Source: Candidatus Moraniibacteriota bacterium (lineage in GTDB: Bacteria > Patescibacteriota > Minisyncoccia > Moranbacterales > UBA1568). Taken from it: a DNA stretch of 64,000 nucleotides. The position numbers were made by a program, and so were the translations under genes. Shown in pieces: positions 18,721 through 26,928 of the stretch (within the stretch, counting starts at the first letter, position 1; each line of letters starts with the position of its first letter). Location: assembly GCA_016182385.1 (NCBI GenBank), contig JACPGV010000002.1, positions 253,190-317,189 of the forward strand. The letters are read 5' to 3'. Below the pieces are notes generated by a model. That model saw only the letters and a list, made by a program, of their open reading frames with translations, made no database searches and was not told the origin of the DNA.

Positions 18721-19878
18721 ATGACGTATAATCGTTATAAAAAATTCTTCTTTTTCTTAAGTGTGGCGCTTGCGGGCTTTGTTTTTTTGGGCATAGTAAA
18801 CGTTTTTTTTAGTTGTTACATTTTTCCCAAGTTGGCAACTATTCCTTTTTTCTCCGATCTGGATGTTTTTCGAAAAATGACGGAACGAGTGACGGTTATC
18901 AATAAGACCGAACAAGTGGTTGTTCGTGAAGATGATTCGCCGGAGAAAATAGCCTCTCAACCGGCAACCGCCATGGTTCGTATGGTGACTCTTTTTGATG
19001 GGCAAAAGGGAACAATTCTGGAGCCGCTTGTGCAAACCGGAGTATTACTGACTAATGATGGAATGTTGGCGATATACGAAGAAAACAGTTCGATACGTGA
19101 AGGGAGTCGTTATCAAGTAATTCTTTTTGATGGCTCTCAGCAAGAGGCAGAGTTTGTGGGGCGTGATTCTTTGATTCGTGTCAATTTTTTTCGTTTACGG
19201 GAACGCATGAATACGCCGGCCATGGCGTTTGCTAATTCTGATGACGTGCGAGTAGGAAAAAAAGTGATGCTTTTGCAATCGACGGAAACGGAATATCAGA
19301 ACCATTTTACTACTGGTATGATTGGCGCGTTTGATAAAACTTTTAATCTTTCTGCTAAAACCGTTTCTTTTTCCGACAACTGGGAGGGGGTTTTTAGAGT
19401 GTATGGGAGTGAGGCGGACTCTTTTGCTGGTGGAGCGGCAATCGGTTTTAATGGGGAAATGATTGGTTTGATCGGATCTTTTGTTGTTGATAATAAAATG
19501 GAAACTTTCATCATTCCCTCGAACATCCTTCGTGACTCTTTACAGCAAGCTATTGATGGCATGCTTGCGGATCGTCCGGTCCTTGGTTTGTATTATTTGC
19601 CTATTACGAAAACGCTCAAGCTTTCTTTGGGGCTTTCTCGTGATCGCGGAGCCCTGGTGTATTCTCCGTCCGGTAAGACAGGACTTGCTTTGCTTGTTGA
19701 TTCCAAGGCGGCACGCGTCGGATTCATGGCGGGTGATATTATTATGGCAATAAATGAGAGTGAAGTTGACGTGGATCACCCTTTGCCAAAACTTCTTCAT
19801 GGGTTAAAAAGAGGAGACAACGTTGTATTTACAATATGGCGTCATGATAAAGAGGAACGAAGAGAGATGATTTGGTAG
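18721..19878 (+). CDS. HtrA-like trypsin-fold protein with PDZ domain, catalytic triad degenerate (pseudoprotease candidate)
   Basis: It aligns to the htrA gene at 13111: GVLLTNDGMLAI versus GLVVTNKHVV (His lost), and SFAGGAAIGFNGEMIGL versus GNSGGPLFNLSGEVIGV (Ser lost). A PDZ-like C-terminus is present: …GDIIMAINESEVDVDHP…. Confidence 0.55.
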   Translation: MTYNRYKKFFFFLSVALAGFVFLGIVNVFFSCYIFPKLATIPFFSDLDVFRKMTERVTVINKTEQVVVREDDSPEKIASQPATAMVRMVTLFDGQKGTILEPLVQTGVLLTNDGMLAIYEENSSIREGSRYQVILFDGSQQEAEFVGRDSLIRVNFFRLRERMNTPAMAFANSDDVRVGKKVMLLQSTETEYQNHFTTGMIGAFDKTFNLSAKTVSFSDNWEGVFRVYGSEADSFAGGAAIGFNGEMIGLIGSFVVDNKMETFIIPSNILRDSLQQAIDGMLADRPVLGLYYLPITKTLKLSLGLSRDRGALVYSPSGKTGLALLVDSKAARVGFMAGDIIMAINESEVDVDHPLPKLLHGLKRGDNVVFTIWRHDKEERREMIW

Positions 19879-19879
19879 C

Positions 19880-19905
19880 CCTCCTTTGACGGAGGGTCTT
19901 TTTTT
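19880..19905 (+). terminator. intrinsic terminator (CCCTCC-TTTGAC-GGAGGG-TCTTTTTTTG)
   Basis: A GC stem followed by a T7 tract directly after the 18721 gene. A TATAAT box for proS follows. Confidence 0.45.
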
Positions 19906-19948
19906 GCTTATAATCAAAGAAATTGTTTGAGTTCTAACTTGATTTTCT

Positions 19949-21184
19949 ATGCGCCAATCACAACTCTTTACCAAAACATCAAAGACCTCACCCAAGGATG
20001 AGGTGAGTAAGAATGCCTTGCTTTTGATTCGCGCTGGTTATACATACAAGGTCATGCCAGGAGTGTATGCTTATACACCACTTGGGTTAATGGTGTTAGA
20101 GAAGATAAAACAGATTGTGCGTGAAGAGATGAATGCGATTGGTGGCCAGGAGCTTATTATGACCAATTTGCAGCGCAAAGACACTTGGGAAAGTACTGGT
20201 CGTTGGAGTGATGAAGCGGTAGATGTCTGGTTTAAAACCAAACTTCAAGATGGTACTGAGCTTGGACTCGCATGGAGTCATGAGGAAGCTATCATGGAAA
20301 TGATACAGCGTTTTGTTGAGAGCTATAAAGATCTTCCAGTGAGCGTATATCAGTTTCAGACTAAGCTGAGGAATGAATTGCGGGCTAAAAGCGGTATTAT
20401 GCGTGGGCGTGAATTTGTCATGAAAGATATGTACTCACTGCATGCTACAGAGGCTGATATGGATCAATACTATGATCAAGTCATTGAGGCCTATAAGAAA
20501 ATTTATGCACGTCTTGGTCTGGGAAATGAGACGTATATTACTTTTGCCAGTGGCGGCGCTTTTACCAAGTTTAGTCATGAATTTCAGACATTGTGTGATG
20601 CGGGTGAGGACGTGCTGTACGTCAATGCCGATAAGACAGTAGCAGTGAATGAAGAGGTACTTGATGATGCGAGTGCTCAGTTGGGGGTTGATAAAAACAC
20701 GCTGGTTCCGATGAAAAGCGCTGAGGTAGGAAATATATTTAAGTTTGGTACCGAGAAAAGTGACAAAATGCATATTGTTTATAAGGATAGAGAAGGAAAA
20801 CAGCAGCCTATATATCTTGCTTCGTATGGTATCGGTATTACTCGTGCGATGGGAGTAATTGTTGAAAAACTGGCCGATGAAAAAGGATTGGTGTGGCCGG
20901 AAAGCGTAGCGCCGTTTCGCGTGCATTTGTTGTCGCTTGATGCGAATGAGCAAGCGGAAGCAATATATGAATCATTGACACGGGCGGGAATTGAAACGAT
21001 TTATGATGATCGGAGCGTGAATGCCGGTGAGAAATTCGCCGATAGTGATTTGTTGGGCATTCCGTATCATGTGGTTATTGGTAAACGGTCGCTCGAATCA
21101 AAAAAGGCCGAGGTTAAACATCGACAAACGAAAAAAACGGAAGAAGTGTCTTTTTCAGAACTTATTGATTATTTGCAACCATAA
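19949..21184 (+). CDS. proS: proline--tRNA ligase (short form lacking INS editing domain)
   Basis: The N-terminus MRQSQLFTKTSKTSPKDEVSKNALLLIRAGY…LGLMVLEKIKQIVREEM matches ProRS. It has class II motifs and a C-terminal anticodon-binding region. Confidence 0.75.
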   Translation: MRQSQLFTKTSKTSPKDEVSKNALLLIRAGYTYKVMPGVYAYTPLGLMVLEKIKQIVREEMNAIGGQELIMTNLQRKDTWESTGRWSDEAVDVWFKTKLQDGTELGLAWSHEEAIMEMIQRFVESYKDLPVSVYQFQTKLRNELRAKSGIMRGREFVMKDMYSLHATEADMDQYYDQVIEAYKKIYARLGLGNETYITFASGGAFTKFSHEFQTLCDAGEDVLYVNADKTVAVNEEVLDDASAQLGVDKNTLVPMKSAEVGNIFKFGTEKSDKMHIVYKDREGKQQPIYLASYGIGITRAMGVIVEKLADEKGLVWPESVAPFRVHLLSLDANEQAEAIYESLTRAGIETIYDDRSVNAGEKFADSDLLGIPYHVVIGKRSLESKKAEVKHRQTKKTEEVSFSELIDYLQP

Positions 21185-21190
21185 ATTTTC

Positions 21191-21895
21191 ATGAAAGAGA
21201 TGTCACGAAAAGAACGTATTCTCATTTCTCTCGGAGGCTCGCTTATTGTTCCTGAGGCGATTGATTGGGAATTTGTAAAGTGTTTCAAGAAATTTATTAC
21301 GCAACATATTCGATTAGGATATTCCTTTATTGTGGTAACAGGTGGTGGTAAGACAGCAAGAAAATATATCGAGGCAGCTGCTAAGGTGACCAATATTACT
21401 GATGATGACAAGGATTGGTTGGGTATTCATGCAACACGTATGAATGCTCATTTTATTCGGACGGTTTTTCGTTCGTATGCTCATCCTCGCATCAATACCA
21501 ATCCTCATAATCTTGAAGATTTTTATGATGTAAAGGAGCCTTTGCTGGTGGCTGCGGGATGGCGACCTGGATGTTCTACCGACTACGATGCTGTTTTGTT
21601 AGGAAAGTATCTTGATGTGAAGCGTATTATCAATCTTTCCAATATTGATTATGTGTATGACAAGGATCCTCGTGAATATGCTGATGCCAAAAAGATTAAA
21701 AAAATCTCTTGGAAAAAGTTTCGTCGGTTGGTTGGTGAAGAGTGGAACCCGGGTATGAATGCACCTTTTGATCCTATTGCTTCAAAATTGGCTGAGGCCG
21801 AAGGTATGGAAGTAGCGATCCTCAATGGGGGAGACATGAAGAATGTAACTCGTTATATTTCCGGAGAAGCGTTTGTGGGAACGGTTATTCGATAA
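21191..21895 (+). CDS. pyrH: UMP kinase, archaeal-type (amino-acid-kinase fold)
   Basis: ILISLGGSLIVPEAIDWEFVK…FIVVTGGGKTARKYIEAA…WLGIHATRMNAHF…DKDPREYADAKKIKKISW closely resembles archaeal UMPK. Confidence 0.8.
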   Translation: MKEMSRKERILISLGGSLIVPEAIDWEFVKCFKKFITQHIRLGYSFIVVTGGGKTARKYIEAAAKVTNITDDDKDWLGIHATRMNAHFIRTVFRSYAHPRINTNPHNLEDFYDVKEPLLVAAGWRPGCSTDYDAVLLGKYLDVKRIINLSNIDYVYDKDPREYADAKKIKKISWKKFRRLVGEEWNPGMNAPFDPIASKLAEAEGMEVAILNGGDMKNVTRYISGEAFVGTVIR

Positions 21896-21901
21896 TCGCG
21901 T

Positions 21902-22858
21902 GTGGATATGGACGTGAAAAAAGTTTTGCTTGCTTCGCCACGAGGGTTTTGTGCTGGTGTGGCACGAGCGGTCAAGGCAGTGGAAGATACGCTCGCGATT
22001 TTTGGTGCACCGGTTTATGTGAAACATGAGATTGTGCATAATAAACATGTGGTCGCTTTACTTGAAGAGAAAGGAGCGAAAACGGTTGAAAACTTACCTG
22101 AAATTCCAGATGGCGCAGTGGTTGTTTTTTCGGCACACGGATCACCACCTGAACATTATATCGAAGCCAGGCGTCGTGGCATGCGACTCATCGATGCGAC
22201 GTGTCCACTTGTTACGAAAGTACATCTTGAGGTGCAGCGTTTTTTTAAAGAAGGATATGAAATTGTATATATTGGACACAGGGGTCATATTGAAGGTATC
22301 GGCGTCCGGGCGGAGGGCGGAGAAAGACACATACCGCTCGTTGAAACAATTGAAGATGTAGCTGCATTGGATATTGGTAATCCGGAAAAAGTCGTGTATC
22401 TCACCCAGACGACGCTTTCTGTTGACGAGACAGCCGAAGTTATTGTGGCTTTGAAGAAAAAATATCCACAGATTGTTGCGCCGCCGCTTGCGGATATTTG
22501 TTTTGCGACAACCAATCGTCAAAGTGCAGTGAAGGAACTTGCTCAGGCATCCGATCTTGTATTTATTCTCGGGTCAAAAACTTCATCCAATTCGACGCGG
22601 CTTATGGAGACGGCACGAGCCATTGGTACGAAGGCTTATCTTATTGATGATGTTTCTGACATTCAAGAAGAGTGGCTACTGGACGTGGCGACGGTCGGTG
22701 TTTCTGCCGGAGCGAGTGCGCCGGAACATGTCGTAGAGGATGTTGTTGCACATTTCGTCGATCACGGTGCAATCGTTGAGGATTTTGCGGTTCTTCCGGA
22801 AAATATGCGTTTTGCTGAGCCGATCGAATTGATGCATTTGCGACAGAATAGCGTATGA
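21902..22858 (+). CDS. ispH: 4-hydroxy-3-methylbut-2-enyl diphosphate reductase (IspH/LytB)
   Basis: LASPRGFCAGVARAV…HNKHVV…SAHGSPP…DATCPLVTKVH…TQTTLS…ICFATTNRQ. The three Cys ligands are present. The start is either the GTG at 21902 or the ATG at 21908. Confidence 0.9.
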   Translation: MDMDVKKVLLASPRGFCAGVARAVKAVEDTLAIFGAPVYVKHEIVHNKHVVALLEEKGAKTVENLPEIPDGAVVVFSAHGSPPEHYIEARRRGMRLIDATCPLVTKVHLEVQRFFKEGYEIVYIGHRGHIEGIGVRAEGGERHIPLVETIEDVAALDIGNPEKVVYLTQTTLSVDETAEVIVALKKKYPQIVAPPLADICFATTNRQSAVKELAQASDLVFILGSKTSSNSTRLMETARAIGTKAYLIDDVSDIQEEWLLDVATVGVSAGASAPEHVVEDVVAHFVDHGAIVEDFAVLPENMRFAEPIELMHLRQNSV

Positions 22859-23982
22859 ATATAGCTATCCAAGCGAGCGATCTTGATGCACAGAGAATTG
22901 ATGGAACGCGCGTATATCTTAAAAATCTTTTGGACCGTTTCGGAGCGCTCGCACCTGAGACGAAATTTTTATTATTTCACAAAGATGTTTTTAATCCGGC
23001 ACTTCTACCACCCGAGCGGTCGAATTATCGTCCAGTGAGTATCCCATTTCCATTTTCGTGGATGCAAACACGATTTGCTTTTGAAATATTTCGCGTAAAG
23101 CCGAATAAGCTTTTTCTGCCAATTCAGGCGTCGCCAATCTTTATTCCGAAAGAGGTGGAAGTAACAGCGACGATTCATGATTTGGCGTTCAAGAAATATC
23201 CGGAAACGTTTCCGAAAAGTCATCGCGCGAAGCTGGATTTTCTGCTTCGGACCGTCCTTTGTCGCGCTGATAAGCTCATCGCCGTATCCGCATCGACAAG
23301 GAAGGATATTCTGGAATATTTTCCAAATATTTTACCGGAAAAAGTACGTGTTATTCATCATGGTTTTGATGCCAAGTTTTTTTCCAAAAAATTTTCTGAA
23401 GGAGAGTTGAAAGAGATGCTTTCGCGGTATCGTTTGCATCCGAAAGGATATATTTTGTATGTGGGAGCGCTCCAGCCGCGGAAAAATCTCATTCGACTGA
23501 TTGAGGCATTCACGCTTGCGAAGCAAAGCGGCTCGCAAGAAATGAAACTCGTGCTCGCCGGCGAAGCAGCATGGCTTTCGGAGGGTATTTTTGGGGCACG
23601 TGAGAAAAGCTCGTATCGTGATGACATCATTTTTACTGATCGCGTATCATTTGATGATTTGCGCGTATTGTATCAAGGAGCGAAATTGTTCGCATTTCCG
23701 TCATTGTATGAAGGGTTTGGATTGCCAATTCTTGAAGCGTTCGCCTCTGGCGTTCCGGTGCTTACCGCGGACAACTCTAGTTTGCCGGAAGTTGGGGGAA
23801 ATGCCGCATTGTATTGCCAAGCGAAAAACGTTTTGGACATCGCTGAAAAACTTAAACAATTGTGGGGCGACGAAATGCTTCGTGCAGAATTAGTAAAACG
23901 TGGTAGTGAACGTTTGCAATATTTTTCGTGGGAGAGATGCGCGCAAGAGACTCTTGGCTGCATTTTCGATTCCACGCATTGA
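22855..23982 (+). CDS. glycosyltransferase family 4 (GT-B, group 1)
   Basis: A C-terminal EX7E-type region: SLYEGFGLPILEAFASGVPVLTADNSSLPEVGGNAA. Its ATG overlaps the ispH stop (ATGA). Confidence 0.8.
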   Translation: MNIAIQASDLDAQRIDGTRVYLKNLLDRFGALAPETKFLLFHKDVFNPALLPPERSNYRPVSIPFPFSWMQTRFAFEIFRVKPNKLFLPIQASPIFIPKEVEVTATIHDLAFKKYPETFPKSHRAKLDFLLRTVLCRADKLIAVSASTRKDILEYFPNILPEKVRVIHHGFDAKFFSKKFSEGELKEMLSRYRLHPKGYILYVGALQPRKNLIRLIEAFTLAKQSGSQEMKLVLAGEAAWLSEGIFGAREKSSYRDDIIFTDRVSFDDLRVLYQGAKLFAFPSLYEGFGLPILEAFASGVPVLTADNSSLPEVGGNAALYCQAKNVLDIAEKLKQLWGDEMLRAELVKRGSERLQYFSWERCAQETLGCIFDSTH

Positions 23983-24051
23983 TACCGTGGATGTTTATAA
24001 TACAAAAATTTTTTCGCTTTTTTTATTAAACTATTTAGAGAAAAATACTCA

Positions 24052-24085
24052 CTATACTTTTCTTGCAATTGCAAGAAAAGTATAG
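24052..24085. repeat. perfect 34-bp palindrome ctatacttttcttgcaattgcaagaaaagtatag (copy 1; extends to 36 bp)
   Basis: Exact self-complementarity seen in the sequence. An identical copy lies at 24794-24827. Confidence 0.8.
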
Positions 24086-24138
24086 TTCACTTAAAGAAAC
24101 AAAAGATAAAATCTCGAGAGTTATAAAAAGGTAAACGT

Positions 24139-24771
24139 ATGAAAAGAAAAAAAATGTCAATGGAAAATATGAGGAAAAGAATAGAGGGTTTTCTTTTTTC
24201 TGATAGCCCTTCTGTGACAGTGACAAAATTTCTTTTGGTGTTTATTGCTATTGGCGGAGTAGCTGTTGTTGGAGCTACTCTTCCGGGTCTTGTAAAAACG
24301 ATTGGTCATTTTTCTCGTATGTCAAAGAAAAGAAAGGAGTATTCGAAAGAGAAAATCTCGGCCTCGTTTGAGTATTTGAAGAAAAAACAGTTTATTAAAA
24401 TAATTAAAGAGAAAAATGGAAAGGTACAGGTAAAGTTGACTAATAAGGGAAAGTCGCGGTTAACGGAGTATTCTCTTGATATGTTGGAAATTCGAAAGCC
24501 GAAACAGTGGGATGGTAAGTGGAGGATTTTTATGTTTGATATTCCAGCGCACCCGAAAATATATCATTCCGCACGTGAGGCTCTACGAAGCAAGATAAAG
24601 AAACTCGGATTTTATCAAATTCAGAAAAGTGTTTGGATTTATCCGTATGAGTGCGAGGATGAGATTCTCTTTATTGCCGAGATGTTCAAGGTACAGAAAT
24701 ATATAGAGATTTTGACTGTTGAAAAATTATTGCATGAAAATTTTGTTCGCGAAAAATTCCCATTTTTATAA
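24139..24771 (+). CDS. membrane-anchored protein with PaaX-family/Cas2-VapD-fold-like C-terminal domain
   Basis: An N-terminal TM helix (FLLVFIAIGGVAVVGATL), then …WDGKWRIFMFDIPAHPKIYHSAREALRSKIKKLGFYQIQKSVWIYPYECEDEI. The pattern WxGxW…FDIP…R..LR..L…GF..LQxSVW is the one I associate with the PaaX middle domain. That assignment is from memory, not from a search. Confidence 0.45.
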   Translation: MKRKKMSMENMRKRIEGFLFSDSPSVTVTKFLLVFIAIGGVAVVGATLPGLVKTIGHFSRMSKKRKEYSKEKISASFEYLKKKQFIKIIKEKNGKVQVKLTNKGKSRLTEYSLDMLEIRKPKQWDGKWRIFMFDIPAHPKIYHSAREALRSKIKKLGFYQIQKSVWIYPYECEDEILFIAEMFKVQKYIEILTVEKLLHENFVREKFPFL

Positions 24772-24793
24772 ATTTTCTGTAAACTATATAAAA

Positions 24794-24827
24794 CTATACT
24801 TTTCTTGCAATTGCAAGAAAAGTATAG
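24794..24827. repeat. perfect 34-bp palindrome, copy 2 (extends to 40 bp, aaactatac…gtatagttt)
   Basis: Identical to the copy at 24052-24085. It sits 23 nt after the stop of the 24139 gene. Confidence 0.8.
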
Positions 24828-25054
24828 TTTGATGATAGGGTGAGGTAGCATGGATAGGGTGCGGTTATTTTTTTGGAGTTGGATGAAACAATAGTGTAAT
24901 TTCCTGATCACATGTTTTATTTTTTGTGATTTTCCGGTTTTATACCCTCCTGCATTCAACCTGTATTGAACCTACATTCAACATTCTATTGCAATAAAGT
25001 GTTTTTTGTGTCAGAATGTATTCGCCGTGTAGCGGCTTTTTTGTTTGTAGAGAT

Positions 25055-26512
25055 ATGGCAAAAGAAAACATAGTATTGAGATTTGAGAATGTATCCTTTG
25101 AGTATGGACACAAAAAACCTATTCTTGATGAGGTGAGTTTTAGCGTGCGTAGTGGAATGAAGGTCACCTTGATGGGACAGAATGGGGCAGGAAAAAGCTC
25201 GCTGTTCAAGTTGATTACCGGTGAAACGCAACCGCAGCATGGGCACATCTCTATTGATTCCTTGGCGACGGTCGCGATTGCACGACAGGTCATTCCACGA
25301 GACGAGCTTGATTTTTCCGTGAAAGAGTTTTTTGTAAAACATTTTTCCGGAAAAGAGTGGGAGTTGGAAATGAATATTCGTGAGGTTTTGGAGATTGTTA
25401 ATATGCCCATGCCACCCCTTGAAAAGAAAATAAGGGAATTTTCTGGTGGACAGCAAGCGCGACTCCTTCTTGCTTCAGCGCTTATTCAGGATCCGGATAT
25501 TTTGCTTCTTGATGAACCGACGAACAATCTGGATTATGCAGGCATTGAACATTTGACGCAGTTTCTTGTGAATTATGAAAAAACTGTTTTAGTCATTTCT
25601 CATGACGCCGAATTTTTGAATGCTTTTACTCATGGAGTGTTGTATTTGGACGTTTTCACTCATAAAATTGAGCAGTACGCCGGTGATTATTATGATGTTG
25701 TTGAAGAAATCAAACGCCGTATTGAAAAAGAGCAAAGTGAAAATGTTCGTTTGGAACGCACTATTCGCGAAAAAAAGGATCAGTCGAATGTTTTTGCCAA
25801 CAAAGGTGGAAAGTTGCGCGCCGTAGCAAAACGAATGCGTGATCTCGCTGAAGAGCTTGAGGAAAATAAAGTGGATATTCGCCGTGAGGATAAAACGCTT
25901 TCACCGTTTACGATAGAGTGCGAAGATATTATTGGCCGAATCGTGCGCATTAAAACTGTGTCACTGGTGACGTCTCTGGGTCCGGCTATAAAGCACGTAG
26001 ATTTGGATTTGAAGCGTAATACGCACCTTCTTGTCTCTGGACCGAATGGCATTGGAAAAAGTACGTTTCTTGAAGCGCTTGCACGTGGTGATGAAGAGCG
26101 TGTCACTATTGCCCCGGGAGTCAAAGTGGGATATTATCGACAAGATTTTTCTACGCTTGATTTTCATAAAACAGTCGCCGAAACACTTCTTCCGGTAACG
26201 TCGGACGGAAGCATGGAAACGGTGTATCGTACGACAGCACGTTTTCTTTTACCAGCTGAGCTTGTGCAGAATAAAATAGAGAGCCTCTCAGAGGGACAGA
26301 AGGGGCTTTTAATGTTCGCGTATTTGTTTTTACAAAAACCGGAGTTGCTCATTCTTGATGAGCCGACCAACCATATCAATTTTCGTCATTTGCCGGTGAT
26401 CGCGGAAGCGCTCGACAAATACAAAGGCACAATGATCTTTGTTTCACATGTTCCGGGTTTCGTTGCTGATATCCGTATTGACGAAGTGCTTGATTTGGAA
26501 TCGCTTGTTTAG
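25055..26512 (+). CDS. ABC-F family ATPase (tandem ABC domains, no TMD)
   Basis: Two Walker A motifs (GQNGAGKSSL and GPNGIGKST) and two signature motifs (FSGGQQARL and LSEGQKGLL) with an inter-domain linker. A start at MAKENIVLRF (25055) is preferred over the upstream ATG at 25016. Confidence 0.85.
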   Translation: MAKENIVLRFENVSFEYGHKKPILDEVSFSVRSGMKVTLMGQNGAGKSSLFKLITGETQPQHGHISIDSLATVAIARQVIPRDELDFSVKEFFVKHFSGKEWELEMNIREVLEIVNMPMPPLEKKIREFSGGQQARLLLASALIQDPDILLLDEPTNNLDYAGIEHLTQFLVNYEKTVLVISHDAEFLNAFTHGVLYLDVFTHKIEQYAGDYYDVVEEIKRRIEKEQSENVRLERTIREKKDQSNVFANKGGKLRAVAKRMRDLAEELEENKVDIRREDKTLSPFTIECEDIIGRIVRIKTVSLVTSLGPAIKHVDLDLKRNTHLLVSGPNGIGKSTFLEALARGDEERVTIAPGVKVGYYRQDFSTLDFHKTVAETLLPVTSDGSMETVYRTTARFLLPAELVQNKIESLSEGQKGLLMFAYLFLQKPELLILDEPTNHINFRHLPVIAEALDKYKGTMIFVSHVPGFVADIRIDEVLDLESLV

Positions 26513-26928
26513 TATTTGACGGGTGTTTTCTGAAGGAGATATCCTGCCAAGAAAAATCCGCCGATAAGAAGAAAAATAATAATGGGAGGAAATTTAAAAA
26601 GAGATACACTCAGGAGTGCGATAGCAAGAAGAAGTCCGAAGGAAAAGAGCGGACTTTTTTTATTGAATGAAAAGGGGAAAGAGAGATGAAGAAAACGTCC
26701 GAGAGCGGCGAGAAAGAAAGAAAAAAAGACAAGAGCGGAGAGCATTTTTGTAAGACTGAAACGTGCGGTGACAAATGTGGGAAGCAGTGTTTCGATGGTA
26801 AAGAGTCCTATGAATCCGAGGTATCCTAAGAGGAGTGCTTCCGCAAGAAGAGCATAGCAGACGGCGAGGAGGCCATTTTCTTTAGCGCGGAGAAGTTTTT
26901 TGTGTATGGTTTGAGAGAGGTGTTTCAT
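26509..26928 (-). CDS. small hypothetical membrane protein (4 TM)
   Basis: A hydrophobic ORF overlapping its neighbours by 4 nt at both ends. Confidence 0.35.
   Translation of the reverse strand: MKHLSQTIHKKLLRAKENGLLAVCYALLAEALLLGYLGFIGLFTIETLLPTFVTARFSLTKMLSALVFFSFFLAALGRFLHLSFPFSFNKKSPLFSFGLLLAIALLSVSLFKFPPIIIFLLIGGFFLAGYLLQKTPVKY

Noticed and set aside
24052-24827. Possibility that the two palindromes plus the Cas2-fold-like gene indicate a CRISPR locus
   Set aside because: There are only two copies, they are perfect palindromes rather than repeat-spacer units, and no array of direct repeats or other cas genes exists anywhere in the window.
25016-25054. upstream ATG giving MYSPCSGFFVCRD… extension of the ABC-F protein
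   Set aside because: The canonical ABC-F N-terminus (MAKENIVLRFENV) starts at 25055. The extension overlaps a terminator-like hairpin and is not conserved-looking.
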